Source: an uncultured Enterobacteriaceae bacterium (GTDB lineage Bacteria > Pseudomonadota > Gammaproteobacteria > Burkholderiales > SG8-39). Taken from it: a stretch of DNA of 64,000 nucleotides. Below, one piece after another: positions 1 through 9,472 of this stretch; position 1 is the first letter of the stretch; each line of letters starts with the position of its first letter. The stretch covers positions 20,729-84,728 of the forward strand of contig CAZTDU010000005.1 of assembly GCA_964612335.1 (NCBI GenBank), given 5' to 3'. The position numbers and the translations under genes were made by a program. A model generated the notes under the pieces. That model did no database searches and was not told the origin of the DNA. It saw only the letters and a program-made list of their open reading frames with translations.

Positions 1-285
1 GCCGATCACGGCCAAACCCTGCCGGTACTGCTCGACGTGCGCGAACCCTGGGAGTTCCAGACCTGCCGCATCGGCAATTCGCTGCTGGTGCCGATGCGGG
101 AGATTCCCGCGCGCCTCGCCGAGCTGGACCCGAACGCCGAGACCGTGGTCATCTGCCACCATGGCACGCGCAGCATGCAGGTGGCGATGTTCCTCGAAAG
201 GCAGGGCTTCACCAACGTGTACAACCTCGTCGGCGGCGTCGATGCGTGGGCGCGCAGCGTCGATCGCGCCATGCCCACCTACTGA
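1..285 (+). CDS. Rhodanese-domain sulfurtransferase, C-terminal part (5' end upstream of window)
   Basis: Frame 1 is open from base 1 (..LPVLLDVREPWEF..). It has the rhodanese active-site loop CHHGTRS and a stop at 283-285. The ORF-track M at 37 is an internal GTG. Confidence 0.8.
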   Translation, partial: ADHGQTLPVLLDVREPWEFQTCRIGNSLLVPMREIPARLAELDPNAETVVICHHGTRSMQVAMFLERQGFTNVYNLVGGVDAWARSVDRAMPTY

Positions 286-306
286 ACGAACCCGGACGGA
301 CTCATC

Positions 307-1644
307 ATGGCCAGATCGCTCCTTCGCATCGCCCTGCCGGCAGCGTTCATTGCTTTCGCCGGCATCGCCGGCGCACAGGACCTGATGCAGGTCTACCAGG
401 ATGCGCTGAAGTACGACGCCCAGTATGCCGCCGCCAGGCACGCGCTGAACGCAGGCAGGGAGAAGTTGCCCCAGGGGCAGGCGCTGCTGCTGCCGAACGT
501 GAACTTGTCGGGCAGCGCCACCGGCACGACCATCGATTCCGAGCCGCGCAACTCACCGCCGCCGGCGGCGTTCAACCGCGACTTCAGCGCCTACGGCTAC
601 ACCATCGCGTTCACACAGCCGATCTACCGCCCGCAGAACCGGCTGCAGGCAACGCAGGCCGAGTACCTGGTCAAGCAGGCCGAAGCGGTGTTCGGGCAGG
701 CCGGGCAGGACCTGATCCTGCGCGTCGCGCAGGCGTACTTCGACATCCTCGCCTCGCAGGACACGCTGACGCTGGTCGGCGCGCAGAAGGCCGCCATTTC
801 GGAGCAACTCGCGCAGGCCAAGCGCAACTTCGAGGTCGGCACCGCCACCATCACCGACACGCACGAGGCGCAGGCGCGCTTTGACCTGGTCGTGGCGCAG
901 GAGATCGCCGCGCAGAACGACCTCGAGACCAAGCGCCGCGCGCTGCAGCAGCTGACCGGCAAGGAGTACACCGCGCTGAAGCCCCTGCGCGCCGACGTGA
1001 AACTCGCGCCGCCCAATCCGGCCGGCATGCAGAACTGGGCCGACCTCGCCGAGAAACAGAGCTATCCGGTGCAGATCCAGGAGGCCGGGACCGAGATCGC
1101 GCAGCTCGAAGCGAAGCGCAGCACCGCCGCGCACCTGCCCACGGTCGATTTCATCGCCAGCTACGGCTACACCTCGCAGACCGGTTCGTCGATCGCGGCT
1201 TCCGGCACCAACGTCAGCTCGGGCACCATCGGCGTGCAGCTCGGCGTGCCGCTTTACCAGGGCGGCGCGCTCTCCTCGCGCGAGCGCGAGGCGGCGGCGC
1301 TGTACGAAAAGTCGCGACAGGACCTGGAGAACGCGCGCCGCGCCAGCGTGCTCGGTTCGCGCCAGGCCTACCTCGCGGTGATCAACGGCATCGCGCAGGT
1401 GGGCGCGCTGAACCAGGCGCTGGTGTCCTCGCAGAGCGCGCTGGAATCCAACCGGCTGGGCTACGAAGTCGGCGTGCGCATCAACATCGACGTGCTGAAC
1501 GCGCAGCAGCAGCTGTTTTCGACGCGCCGGGACCTGGCGATCGCGCGCTACAACACCATCACCAACCACCTGCGCCTGAAGGCCGCCGCCGGCAGCCTGC
1601 GCGAAGACGACCTGCGCGAAGTCAACGCCGCACTGGCGCAGTAG
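307..1644 (+). CDS. tolC: TolC-family outer membrane efflux/type I secretion channel
   Basis: 445 aa. Signal peptide MARSLLRIALPAAFIAFAGIAGAQD, followed by the TolC-type N-terminus DLMQVYQDALKYDAQY. The helical halves are repeated (..NFEVGTATITDTHEAQ.. / ..GYEVGVRINIDVLNAQ..). Confidence 0.85.
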   Translation: MARSLLRIALPAAFIAFAGIAGAQDLMQVYQDALKYDAQYAAARHALNAGREKLPQGQALLLPNVNLSGSATGTTIDSEPRNSPPPAAFNRDFSAYGYTIAFTQPIYRPQNRLQATQAEYLVKQAEAVFGQAGQDLILRVAQAYFDILASQDTLTLVGAQKAAISEQLAQAKRNFEVGTATITDTHEAQARFDLVVAQEIAAQNDLETKRRALQQLTGKEYTALKPLRADVKLAPPNPAGMQNWADLAEKQSYPVQIQEAGTEIAQLEAKRSTAAHLPTVDFIASYGYTSQTGSSIAASGTNVSSGTIGVQLGVPLYQGGALSSREREAAALYEKSRQDLENARRASVLGSRQAYLAVINGIAQVGALNQALVSSQSALESNRLGYEVGVRINIDVLNAQQQLFSTRRDLAIARYNTITNHLRLKAAAGSLREDDLREVNAALAQ

Positions 1645-2887
1645 CCCGTTCCAGCAGTCGCAGCGCCACCTCGACGTGGCGCGCCGCGGCGCCGCGGTGC
1701 GCGGCGCACAAGGCCCGGCCCGCCGCCGACATGCGCTCGCGCGTCGTCGCGTCGGCAAGGATCCGGCGTGCGCTGGCCAACGCCTGCGGCGCATCCGGTA
1801 GCTGCAGCGCCGCGCCGGCAGCGACGGCAAGCCTGGTCGCCTCGCTGAAATTGAACACGCTGGGGCCGATGACCACCGGCGCGCCGCAGGCGCAGGCCTC
1901 GATCAGGTTCTGGCCACCGGTGCCGCCAAAGGAGCCGCCGATCACGGCGACGTCGGCAAGGCCGTAGTAGAACGCCATCTCGCCCATCGTGTCGCCGAGC
2001 AGCAGTCCGCGCCCCTCGCCGGGCACGGCGCCGCCGCTCCTGCGCACCACCGACCAGCCGCGCGCGCGCGCCAGCGCCTCCACCTCGTCGAAGCGCTGCG
2101 GATGCCGCGGCACCAGTACCGGCAGCGTATCCGGGTCGAGATCGGCAAGCGCATCCAGCAGCATCGCCTCCTCGCCTTCGCGCGTGCTCGCCAGCAGCAG
2201 CACCGGCCGCGCGAGCTCGCGCCGCAGGGCCTGCCCCGCGGCGAGCTTCGCGGGCTCCGGCTCGACGTCGAACTTGATATTGCCGGTCACCGTCGCTGCT
2301 GCGCCCAGCGCGCGCAGGCGCGCCGCATCCTCTTCGCTCTGCGCGCACGCCGCGGCGAGCGCGGCGAAGGCGGGGCGGAAAAGCCGCGGCCAGCGCGCAT
2401 AGCCGCGCGCGGATTTCTCCGACATGCGCGCATTGGCGAGCATCACCGGCACGCCCGATTCGGCGCAGGCGGCGATGAGGTTTGGCCACAGCTCGGTTTC
2501 CATCAGGATCGCCAGCCGCGGCCGGAAATGCCGCAGCAGGCGGCGCATGCCGCAGGGCAGGTCGTAGGGCAGGAAGCCGCCCAGCACCGCATCGCCGTAC
2601 ACCTGGGCGATAGTGTCGCGCCCGGCCGCGGTCATGCAGGTGACGAGCAACTGGTGATCTGGGCGCGCGGCGATGAGCGCGCGCACCAGCGGCGCCGCGG
2701 CGCGTACCTCGCCCACCGATACCGCGTGCACCCACAGCACCGGGCGTTCGGGCCGCGCGGCGTAGCGGCCGAAGCGCTCGGCGATCGCGCGCCGGTAGCC
2801 CGGCTCGCGCGCGCCGCGCCACCACAGCCGCGCCAGCACCAGCGGCAACGCGAGCGCGAGCAGCAGGCTGTAGAGCCATCGCGCCAT
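1622..2887 (-). CDS. waaA: 3-deoxy-D-manno-octulosonic acid (Kdo) transferase
   Basis: Start at MARWLYSLLL (ATG 2887). Blocks alignable by eye to E. coli WaaA: WVHAVSVGEV, METELWPNLI, LVPRHPQRF, LLGDTMGEMAFYYGLADVAVIGGSF, GGQNLIEA. The upstream part of ORF 1622..3649 is Arg/Ala-rich read-through. Confidence 0.93.
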   Translation of the reverse strand: MARWLYSLLLALALPLVLARLWWRGAREPGYRRAIAERFGRYAARPERPVLWVHAVSVGEVRAAAPLVRALIAARPDHQLLVTCMTAAGRDTIAQVYGDAVLGGFLPYDLPCGMRRLLRHFRPRLAILMETELWPNLIAACAESGVPVMLANARMSEKSARGYARWPRLFRPAFAALAAACAQSEEDAARLRALGAAATVTGNIKFDVEPEPAKLAAGQALRRELARPVLLLASTREGEEAMLLDALADLDPDTLPVLVPRHPQRFDEVEALARARGWSVVRRSGGAVPGEGRGLLLGDTMGEMAFYYGLADVAVIGGSFGGTGGQNLIEACACGAPVVIGPSVFNFSEATRLAVAAGAALQLPDAPQALASARRILADATTRERMSAAGRALCAAHRGAAARHVEVALRLLERATAPVRR

Positions 2888-3846
2888 CAGGCGATCGCGT
2901 CCAGCGCGGCCCACGCCTCCTGCCAGGTCGGCGACGCGCGGATGCCGCCCAGGTTCCTTGCCCTGGACGACCCGTACAGCCCGGTCAGCCCGGGGTCGGT
3001 GGCGCAGTAAATGCCGAGCACCGGCACGCCGAGCGCCACCGCCAGGTGCGACAGCCCGGTATCCACGCCCACGACCGCACGCGCCTGCGCCATCAGCGTG
3101 GCGAGCTGCTCGATCTCCATGCGCGGCGGCACGCTGGCGCGGCCTCCCGCGATCGCCGCGCCGATGCGCGCGCAGCGCACGCGCTCGGCGTCGCTGCCCC
3201 AGGGCAGCACGCTGCGCACGCCCTGTGCCGCCAGCCTGCCGCCCAGCGCGATCCAGTCCTGCTCCGGCCACAACTTCGCGGCCCGGCTGCTCATCGTAAG
3301 CAGCACGCAGTACGGTGCGGCCATGTCGACGTCCGGCGGTGGGGTTTCGGGCGCGCGCAGGCCGTAGTCGCAGGGCGTCTCCACCTTGTAGCCCAGCGCG
3401 GCCGCGGTCAGCAGGCGGTTGCGCTCGACCGCGTGCAGCCTGCGCGGCACCGGGTGCCGCGACGCGTACAGCCGCGCAACGAAGGGCTCGCGCGCGCTGC
3501 CCTTGTCGTAGCCGTGGCGCTCGCCGCGCGCCAGCCGCGAAATGAGCGCGCTCTTCAGCAGGCCCTGGGTATCGACGATGCAATCGTAGGGCTTCTCCGC
3601 CAGCAGCGCGCGGAACGCGCGGAACTCCTCGCGCACCGACGGCTTCCACGGTGCGCGGCGCCAGCGCCTGACCGCCACCGGGATCACGCGACCGACCGCG
3701 CGATGCATGGCCACGATCGGCGCGAACACGTCCTCCACCACCCAGTCGATCTCGGCGCCGGGCACCTCGCGCGCGGCGTCGCTCACCGCGGGACAGTGGT
3801 GGATCACGTCGCCGAGGGAGGAAGTCTTTACGAAGAGGATGCGCAT
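2887..3846 (-). CDS. waaC: LPS heptosyltransferase I (GT9)
   Basis: MRILFVKTSSLGDVIHHCPAV..IDWVVED..VIPVAVRRWRR..VDTGLSHLAVALGVPVLGIYCATDPGLTG closely parallels E. coli WaaC. Its stop overlaps the waaA ATG (ATGA at 2885-2889). Confidence 0.9.
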   Translation of the reverse strand: MRILFVKTSSLGDVIHHCPAVSDAAREVPGAEIDWVVEDVFAPIVAMHRAVGRVIPVAVRRWRRAPWKPSVREEFRAFRALLAEKPYDCIVDTQGLLKSALISRLARGERHGYDKGSAREPFVARLYASRHPVPRRLHAVERNRLLTAAALGYKVETPCDYGLRAPETPPPDVDMAAPYCVLLTMSSRAAKLWPEQDWIALGGRLAAQGVRSVLPWGSDAERVRCARIGAAIAGGRASVPPRMEIEQLATLMAQARAVVGVDTGLSHLAVALGVPVLGIYCATDPGLTGLYGSSRARNLGGIRASPTWQEAWAALDAIA

Positions 3847-3858
3847 GCGCGGGATAAA

Positions 3859-4659
3859 ATGCCTGGATCCGATTGTAAGGGAATGCCCTTGAACGCCCCG
3901 TCCCGGGCGCCGCTTTCCGCGGTCCTGATCACGCGCAACGCTGCCGCGCAACTCGAGCCCTGCCTCGCCAGCCTCGGCTTCGTCGACGAGATCCTCGTCG
4001 TCGACTCGGGCAGCACCGACGCGACCCGCGACATCGCCGCACGCCACGGCGCCCGCGTCATCGACAAGGAATGGCTGGGCTACGGGCCGCAGAAACGCTT
4101 TGCCGTCGCCAGCGCGCGCCACGACTGGGTGCTGTGCGTGGACGCCGACGAGCGTGTCTCGCCCGAGCTCGCCGCGAGCATCGCCGCCGCGCTCGCGAGT
4201 CCCACGTCCACGGTGTACCGCATGCCCCGGCGCAACCGCTTCCTCGGCCGCTGGCTCAAGCACGGCGAGGGCTATCCTGACTGGAGCCCGCGCCTCTTCG
4301 ACCGGCGCAGCGCGCAGTGGAGCGAGGACACGGTGCACGAGAAGGTGCTGTACGCCGCCACGCCGGGCGTGCTCGCCGGCGACCTGCTGCACGAGTCGGC
4401 CGACGACCTGGAAGCGTACCTGGACAAGCAGAACCGCTACACCACGCTTGCCGCACAGCAGCTGCACGACGCCGGCCGCGATGCAGGCACGGCGAGGCTG
4501 CTGCTGTCGCCGCTTGCGCGCTTCCTCAAGTTCTATGTTTTCCGGCTCGGCTTCCTCGACGGCACCGCCGGGCTGGTCCACATCACGATAGGCTGCATGA
4601 ACAGCTACCTGAAGTACGCCAAGCTGATCGAGCTGCGGCGCGCGAACGGCAAGCGATGA
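3859..4659 (+). CDS. Family 2 glycosyltransferase, LPS-core type (WaaE/KdtX-like)
   Basis: SAVLITRNAAAQLEPCL..VVDSGSTDAT..CVDADERV (GT-A DxD) and a C-terminal amphipathic region. The alternative start is ATG 3883. Divergent from waaC. Confidence 0.8.
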   Translation: MPGSDCKGMPLNAPSRAPLSAVLITRNAAAQLEPCLASLGFVDEILVVDSGSTDATRDIAARHGARVIDKEWLGYGPQKRFAVASARHDWVLCVDADERVSPELAASIAAALASPTSTVYRMPRRNRFLGRWLKHGEGYPDWSPRLFDRRSAQWSEDTVHEKVLYAATPGVLAGDLLHESADDLEAYLDKQNRYTTLAAQQLHDAGRDAGTARLLLSPLARFLKFYVFRLGFLDGTAGLVHITIGCMNSYLKYAKLIELRRANGKR

Positions 4660-4689
4660 GCCGCGCGGCATCCGGGCGATACTAGCGCC

Positions 4690-5286
4690 ATGCCTGACAT
4701 CGCATCGAGGGACATCCTCGCCTTCCACGACAGCCGGCTCGCCATCGCCGGGTGGGCAACATCCGCCGAGCGCGAGCATGCGCAGGGCCTGTGGCAGGCG
4801 ATCGAGGACAACCACCGCAACAACTGCGCGCTGTGGGACGAGGAAGACCTCGCGCGCCGGCGCAACGTGGCCGACGCCGAGATCGCCGCCAACAAGCGCG
4901 CCATCGACCGCTACAACCAGCAGCGCAACGACGCCATCGAGCGCATCGACGAGCACCTGCTCGCCGCGCTCGGCCCCCCGAAGGAAGGCGCGCGGCTGAA
5001 CAGCGAGACCGCGGGTTCCATGTGCGATCGACTGTCGATCCTCGCGCTGAAAATCCACCACATGCGCATCCAGACGCGGCGCACCGACGTCGACGCCGAG
5101 CACGTCGCCGCCTGCGAGGCGAAGCTTTCCCGCCTCATCGAGCAGCGCGGCGACCTCGCCGGCTGCTTCGACCGCCTGCTTGCCGAAGCCGCGCAGGGCA
5201 CGGGCTACTTCAAGGTCTATCGCCAGTTCAAGATGTACAACGACCCGAAGCTGAATCCGGCGGTGTACGGCGAACGAAAGCGCTAG
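4690..5286 (+). CDS. DUF4254-like protein (unknown function, commonly next to core heptosyltransferase genes)
   Basis: 198 aa and soluble. Motifs NCALWDEEDLARR and SETAGSMCDRLSILALKIHHM match my recollection of DUF4254. The family assignment is from memory only. Confidence 0.5.
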   Translation: MPDIASRDILAFHDSRLAIAGWATSAEREHAQGLWQAIEDNHRNNCALWDEEDLARRRNVADAEIAANKRAIDRYNQQRNDAIERIDEHLLAALGPPKEGARLNSETAGSMCDRLSILALKIHHMRIQTRRTDVDAEHVAACEAKLSRLIEQRGDLAGCFDRLLAEAAQGTGYFKVYRQFKMYNDPKLNPAVYGERKR

Positions 5287-5292
5287 CTGCCA

Positions 5293-6717
5293 GTGATGCC
5301 GCGGATCGTCCCTGTCATCCTCTGCGGCGGCGCCGGCACGCGGCTGTGGCCGATGTCGCGCAAGCTCTTGCCCAAGCAGTTCCTGCCGCTGGTGACCGGG
5401 AAGTCGCTGCTGCAGGACACCGCGCTCAGGCTGCGCGGCCTCGCCGGCGCCGGCGCGCCGGTGGTGGTGGCAAACCACGAGCACCGCTTCCTCGCCGCCG
5501 AGCAGATGCAGGCCATCGGCATGAAGCCGCGCGCGCTGCTGCTGGAACCGGTGGGCCGCAACACCGCGCCTGCCATCGCCGCCGTGGCCGCGCTGGTGGC
5601 GCAGGACGACCCCGACGCGGTGCTGCTGGTGCTGCCGTCCGACCACCGCATCGGCGACCTGCCGGCATTCCGGCGCGCGGTGCGCACGGCGCGCGCCCTG
5701 GCGGCCGAAGGGTTCCTCGCCACCTTCGGCATCGCGCCCGGCGGCCCCGCCACCGGCTACGGCTACATCGAGGCCGGCAAGGCGATCCCGCGGCGCGCGG
5801 GCGCGTACCGCATCCGGCGCTTCGTGGAAAAGCCTGCGTTGCGCACGACGAAGGCCTTCATCGCACGCGGCGGCTTCCTGTGGAACAGCGGCATGTTCGC
5901 CTTCACCGCCGCGCGCTACCTGGAGGAGATCGCGCGCCAGCGCCCCGCCATCGCCAGCGCGGCGAAGCAGTCGCTGCAGCTGGCGACGCGGGACCTCGAT
6001 TTCCTGCGCCTCGACGAAAAATCCTTCAAGGCCTGCCCCGCCGATTCCATCGACTACGCGGTGATGGAACACACCGCGCACGGCGCGGTGGTGCGCGCCG
6101 ACATGCGCTGGAGCGACGTCGGCTCCTGGTCGGCGCTGTGGGAGGTGAGCGAACGCGATGCCGCCGGCAATGCCGCGCGCGGCGACGTCGCGCTGCACGA
6201 CGCGCGCGGCTGCTACGTGCGCGCCGACAGCCGGCACGTGTCGGTGCTGGGCGCCGAGGACCTGGTCGTCGTCGAGACCAGCGACGCGGTGCTGGTGGCG
6301 AAGCGCGCGCGCGCCGAGGAAGTGAAGGACGTGGTCGAGCGGCTGCGGCGCGGCAGGCGCAGCGAACACGAGTCGCACACGCGCGTGTACCGGCCTTGGG
6401 GCTACTACGAATCGGTCGACGCCGGCGCGCGCTTCCAGGTCAAGCGCCTGATGGTGAAGCCGGGGCAGTCGCTGTCGCTGCAGCGGCACAGGAAGCGCGC
6501 CGAGCACTGGGTCGTGGTGTCGGGCACCGCGCGGGTCACGCGTGGCACTCAGCAACTCACGCTGAAGGAGAACCAGTCCACGTTCATCCCGCTGGGCGTG
6601 AAGCACCGCCTCGCGAACCCGGGCAGGAAGCCGCTTTACCTCGTCGAGGTGCAGTCCGGGTCGTACCTGGGGGAGGACGACATCGAGAGGTTCGAGGACC
6701 GCTACAACCGCCGCTAG
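5293..6717 (+). CDS. manC: Bifunctional mannose-1-phosphate guanylyltransferase / mannose-6-phosphate isomerase (type II PMI-GMP)
   Basis: The N-terminus VILCGGAGTRLWPMSRKLLPKQF, the WNSGMFAF motif, and a C-terminal cupin with QRHRKRAEHWVVVSGTARV..FIPLGVKHRLANPG. Confidence 0.92.
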   Translation: MMPRIVPVILCGGAGTRLWPMSRKLLPKQFLPLVTGKSLLQDTALRLRGLAGAGAPVVVANHEHRFLAAEQMQAIGMKPRALLLEPVGRNTAPAIAAVAALVAQDDPDAVLLVLPSDHRIGDLPAFRRAVRTARALAAEGFLATFGIAPGGPATGYGYIEAGKAIPRRAGAYRIRRFVEKPALRTTKAFIARGGFLWNSGMFAFTAARYLEEIARQRPAIASAAKQSLQLATRDLDFLRLDEKSFKACPADSIDYAVMEHTAHGAVVRADMRWSDVGSWSALWEVSERDAAGNAARGDVALHDARGCYVRADSRHVSVLGAEDLVVVETSDAVLVAKRARAEEVKDVVERLRRGRRSEHESHTRVYRPWGYYESVDAGARFQVKRLMVKPGQSLSLQRHRKRAEHWVVVSGTARVTRGTQQLTLKENQSTFIPLGVKHRLANPGRKPLYLVEVQSGSYLGEDDIERFEDRYNRR

Positions 6718-7643
6718 GCAGCCGGCTTTTCCGCGACGCCGATGACCTGCAGGCCGGCGTGGCGCAGGCCCGGCAGGTGCACCGCGACGTGGTCCGCGCG
6801 CGCGGCGAGGCGCGTGATGGCGCGGATGCCGGGCACGAAGCGGAACAGGCGGTTGAACACCAGCACGTCGCTGTTCATGAACAGGCAGAAGCCGACGAAG
6901 CCGCGCGACTTCCAGGTGCGCAGCCGCAGGCCGGCGCGCGCGAGCGGCGGCAGCGTCTCGCGCTCGCGCAGCGGCCGCTCGGTTTCGTGGTCCAGCGCCG
7001 GCGACAGCCGGTAGATCGCGCCGCGCAGCAGGCGCCAGAGCCAGAAGTCGTCCAGCGGCTCGCGAAACCAGAAGCGCCCCCCCGGCTTGAGCACACGCGC
7101 CACCTCGGCGAACAGCCTGGCGCGGTCGTTCACATGGTGGATGCCGCCGAACATCAGCACGCTGTCCAGGCTGGCGCTGGCGATCGGCAGGCGGGTGGCG
7201 TCGCCCTGCACGAACAGGTATTCGGGCAGGTCGGCGCGCGCCGCCTCGAGCATGCGCTCCGAGACGTCCACGCCGATGGCGCAGCGGACCTGCGTGCGCA
7301 GCAGGCGCAGTGCCTCGCCGCGCCCGCAGCAGATCTCCGCGGCGATCCCCAGCGGCGCCGGGCCGATCTCCGCGAGCAGTTCGTCGTCGAGGTACCTCGC
7401 GTACTCCTGGGTGTGCGGATAGCCCAGGTTCTCGATGTAGGCACGCGCGACGCGATCGTAGTGCGCCTGCTGGCGCCGCGCGTCCTCGCCGAGGAAATCC
7501 TCGGCGAACAGCGGGATGCCGGCGGCGGAAACGCGATAGCGATTGCCGCCCGATGCTGCGACCAGCGCGCCATCGCGCTCCGCGAGCGGCTCGCCGGTGC
7601 GCGGGCAGGCCAGCAGCCGCAGGTACTCCGGCGCGATGCTCAT
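6714..7643 (-). CDS. Class I SAM-dependent methyltransferase with Trm112-like N-terminal segment
   Basis: Starts at MSIAPEYLRLLACPRTGEPL (zinc-ribbon-like). Motif I is AAEICCGRGEA, followed by DSVLMFGGIHH and LKPGGRFWF. The ATG overlaps the asnB-like stop (ATGA, 7640-7643). Confidence 0.75.
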   Translation of the reverse strand: MSIAPEYLRLLACPRTGEPLAERDGALVAASGGNRYRVSAAGIPLFAEDFLGEDARRQQAHYDRVARAYIENLGYPHTQEYARYLDDELLAEIGPAPLGIAAEICCGRGEALRLLRTQVRCAIGVDVSERMLEAARADLPEYLFVQGDATRLPIASASLDSVLMFGGIHHVNDRARLFAEVARVLKPGGRFWFREPLDDFWLWRLLRGAIYRLSPALDHETERPLRERETLPPLARAGLRLRTWKSRGFVGFCLFMNSDVLVFNRLFRFVPGIRAITRLAARADHVAVHLPGLRHAGLQVIGVAEKPAA

Positions 7644-9472
7644 CGCGCGCGGTGGCGCAGCGCGAGGCTGCACCACAGGAGCTGGCGGTGGTCGGCGCGG
7701 CCTGCGCGGTGCTCGCGCCAGAAGCGCGCCAGCGCGCCGGCTCGCAGGCCGGGAAGATCCAGCGCCTCGTCCTCGCGCGGCCAGTCCCTGAGCCACGCGC
7801 CTATCGGCACGCCAAAGCCCTGCTTGCGGCGCCCGAGGATGGCGTCCGGGACCATCCCCTTCAGCGCGCGCTTCAACAGGTACTTGGTGCTGCCGCCGCG
7901 CAACTTATAGCGGTGCGGCAGGCGCCGCGCGAACTCGGCGAGGTCGTTGTCCAGGAACGGCGCGCGCACTTCCAGCGCCACCAGCATCGACGCGCGGTCG
8001 ACCTTCGCCAGCACGCCGTCCTGCAGGTAGAAGCGCGTGTAGTACTCCAGCGTGCGGTCCACCGGATCCACCGACGCGGCGCCTTCCCATGCGTCGATCG
8101 CCTCGGCGTAGAGCTCCTCCGCCGGCAGCGGCTGCTCGAACAGCTGCGCGATCTCCTCCGGCGCCGCCGGCGCAAGCCACAGCGGGTTCCACAGCGCCGG
8201 GGATCGCTCCACGCCGCGCAGCGCGCGGCCGAGGCGAAAGCCAAGGCTCATGTAGCCGTGTGAGACCGGCAGCCTCGCGCTTGCCGCGCGCGCGGCGCGG
8301 TGCAGCGGCCCGGGCACCCAGCGCGCGTACAGGCCGGCGGGCCCCAGCGCGCGGAACGGGTCGTAGCCGGCGAACAGCTCGTCGCCGCCATCGCCGCCCA
8401 GCGCCACGGTCACCGACTCGCGCGCGAACGCCGACAGCATGTGGGTCGGCAAGATAGACGCGTCGCCGGTGGGCTCGTCCAGCCTGCCGAGCAGCGCCGG
8501 CAGCAGCCTGCGCGCGGCGGCCATGTCGAGCACCCGCTCGCGATGCTCCGCGCCGCAGGCCGCGGCGGCCGCGCGCGCATGGCGCGTCTCGTCGAAGCTC
8601 GGCTCGTCGAAGCCGATGGCAAAGGTCTTCACCCGCCCGGCGCCCGCGGCGCGCGCCGCGCAGGCCAGCACCGCGCTCGAATCGATGCCGCCGGACAGGA
8701 ACACGCCCAGCGGCACGTCGGCGACCAGGCGCCGCTCGACCGCCCGCGCGAGCAGCCCGCGCAGCTCCTCGCACAGATCGTCCTCGCTGCGCGAGGTCTC
8801 CTGCGCGTCGATCTCGAAGCGCCAGTAGGCGCGCGTGCGAAGCTCGCCGCTGCCCAGCTCGTAGCGCAGCAGGTGCCCGCCGGGCAGCTTGGCGATGCCG
8901 CGGTACAGCGACCACGGCGCCGGCACGAAGCCCCAGGCGTAGAACTTCTGCAGCGCGCGCGCGTCGATCTCCGCGCCCGGGGACAGCGCCGACAGCTCGG
9001 ACGCGAAGGCGAAGCCGCGCGCGTCGGCGCGGTAGTAGAACGGCTTCTTGCCGAAGCGGTCGCGCGCGGCGAACAGGCGCCTGCGCGCCCGGTCGTAGAC
9101 GACGAAGGCGAACATGCCGTTCAGCCGCTCCGGCAGCGCCTCGCCCCATTCGCGGTAGCCGTGCACCAGCACCTCGGTGTCCGAGTGGTCGGTGCGGAAG
9201 CGGTGGCCGCGGCCTTCGAGCGCGCGGCGCAGCTCGGCATGGTTGTAGATCTCGCCGTTGAAGACCACGCCGGTCTCCCCCGTCGCGTCCCACATCGGCT
9301 GCGCGCCGTCGACAGGATCGATCACCGCCAGCCTGCGGTGCGCGAGGAACACGCGCGCCTCGCGATCGACGTGCTCGCCCGCGCCGTCCGGGCCGCGATG
9401 CGCCACCGCTTCGCTCATGCGTCGCAGGTCGCGCTCGTCGCCCGCGCCGGCGAACCCCGCCAGCCCGCACAT
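7640..9472 (-). CDS. Asparagine synthase (glutamine-hydrolysing) family amidotransferase
   Basis: The Ntn start MCGLAGF, VFNGEIYNH, and the PP-loop FLSGGIDSS. 610 aa. The upstream part of ORF 7640..10000 is rejected as read-through. Confidence 0.9.
   Translation of the reverse strand: MCGLAGFAGAGDERDLRRMSEAVAHRGPDGAGEHVDREARVFLAHRRLAVIDPVDGAQPMWDATGETGVVFNGEIYNHAELRRALEGRGHRFRTDHSDTEVLVHGYREWGEALPERLNGMFAFVVYDRARRRLFAARDRFGKKPFYYRADARGFAFASELSALSPGAEIDARALQKFYAWGFVPAPWSLYRGIAKLPGGHLLRYELGSGELRTRAYWRFEIDAQETSRSEDDLCEELRGLLARAVERRLVADVPLGVFLSGGIDSSAVLACAARAAGAGRVKTFAIGFDEPSFDETRHARAAAAACGAEHRERVLDMAAARRLLPALLGRLDEPTGDASILPTHMLSAFARESVTVALGGDGGDELFAGYDPFRALGPAGLYARWVPGPLHRAARAASARLPVSHGYMSLGFRLGRALRGVERSPALWNPLWLAPAAPEEIAQLFEQPLPAEELYAEAIDAWEGAASVDPVDRTLEYYTRFYLQDGVLAKVDRASMLVALEVRAPFLDNDLAEFARRLPHRYKLRGGSTKYLLKRALKGMVPDAILGRRKQGFGVPIGAWLRDWPREDEALDLPGLRAGALARFWREHRAGRADHRQLLWCSLALRHRAR

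Noticed and set aside
2887-6606. Long N-terminal extensions of ORF-track entries. Examples are 2887..6606, 1622..3649, 7640..10000, 10424..12391, 35886..38321, 42637..44715, 52349..54400, 54572..56800 and 61602..63068.
   Set aside because: Homology-consistent N-termini (for example MRILFVKTSS for WaaC, MCGLAGF for AsnB, MARWLYS for WaaA) begin at internal starts that coincide with 4-nt overlaps to the upstream gene. The extended parts are low-complexity Arg/Pro/Gly read-through over the neighbouring gene in another frame.
7077-7083. C7/G7 homopolymer inside the methyltransferase gene, considered as a phase-variation tract. Other G/C runs of 6 occur near 17115, 19665 and 21072.
   Set aside because: Runs of 6-7 G/C are expected by chance at about 70% GC and fall below the lengths usually associated with slipped-strand switching.
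4752-7910. A 1052-aa plus-strand ORF. Similar giant ORFs occur at 23265..27104 (+, 1279 aa), 29046..31838 (+, 930 aa), 21082..23757 (+, 891 aa), 553..1830 (-), 12528..14108 (+) and 49511..51619 (+).
   Set aside because: Their translations are extremely Arg/Ala/Gly/Pro-rich with no recognisable motifs. They run antisense or out of frame across genes that have strong family signatures. This is typical of stop-codon-poor off-frames in high-GC DNA.
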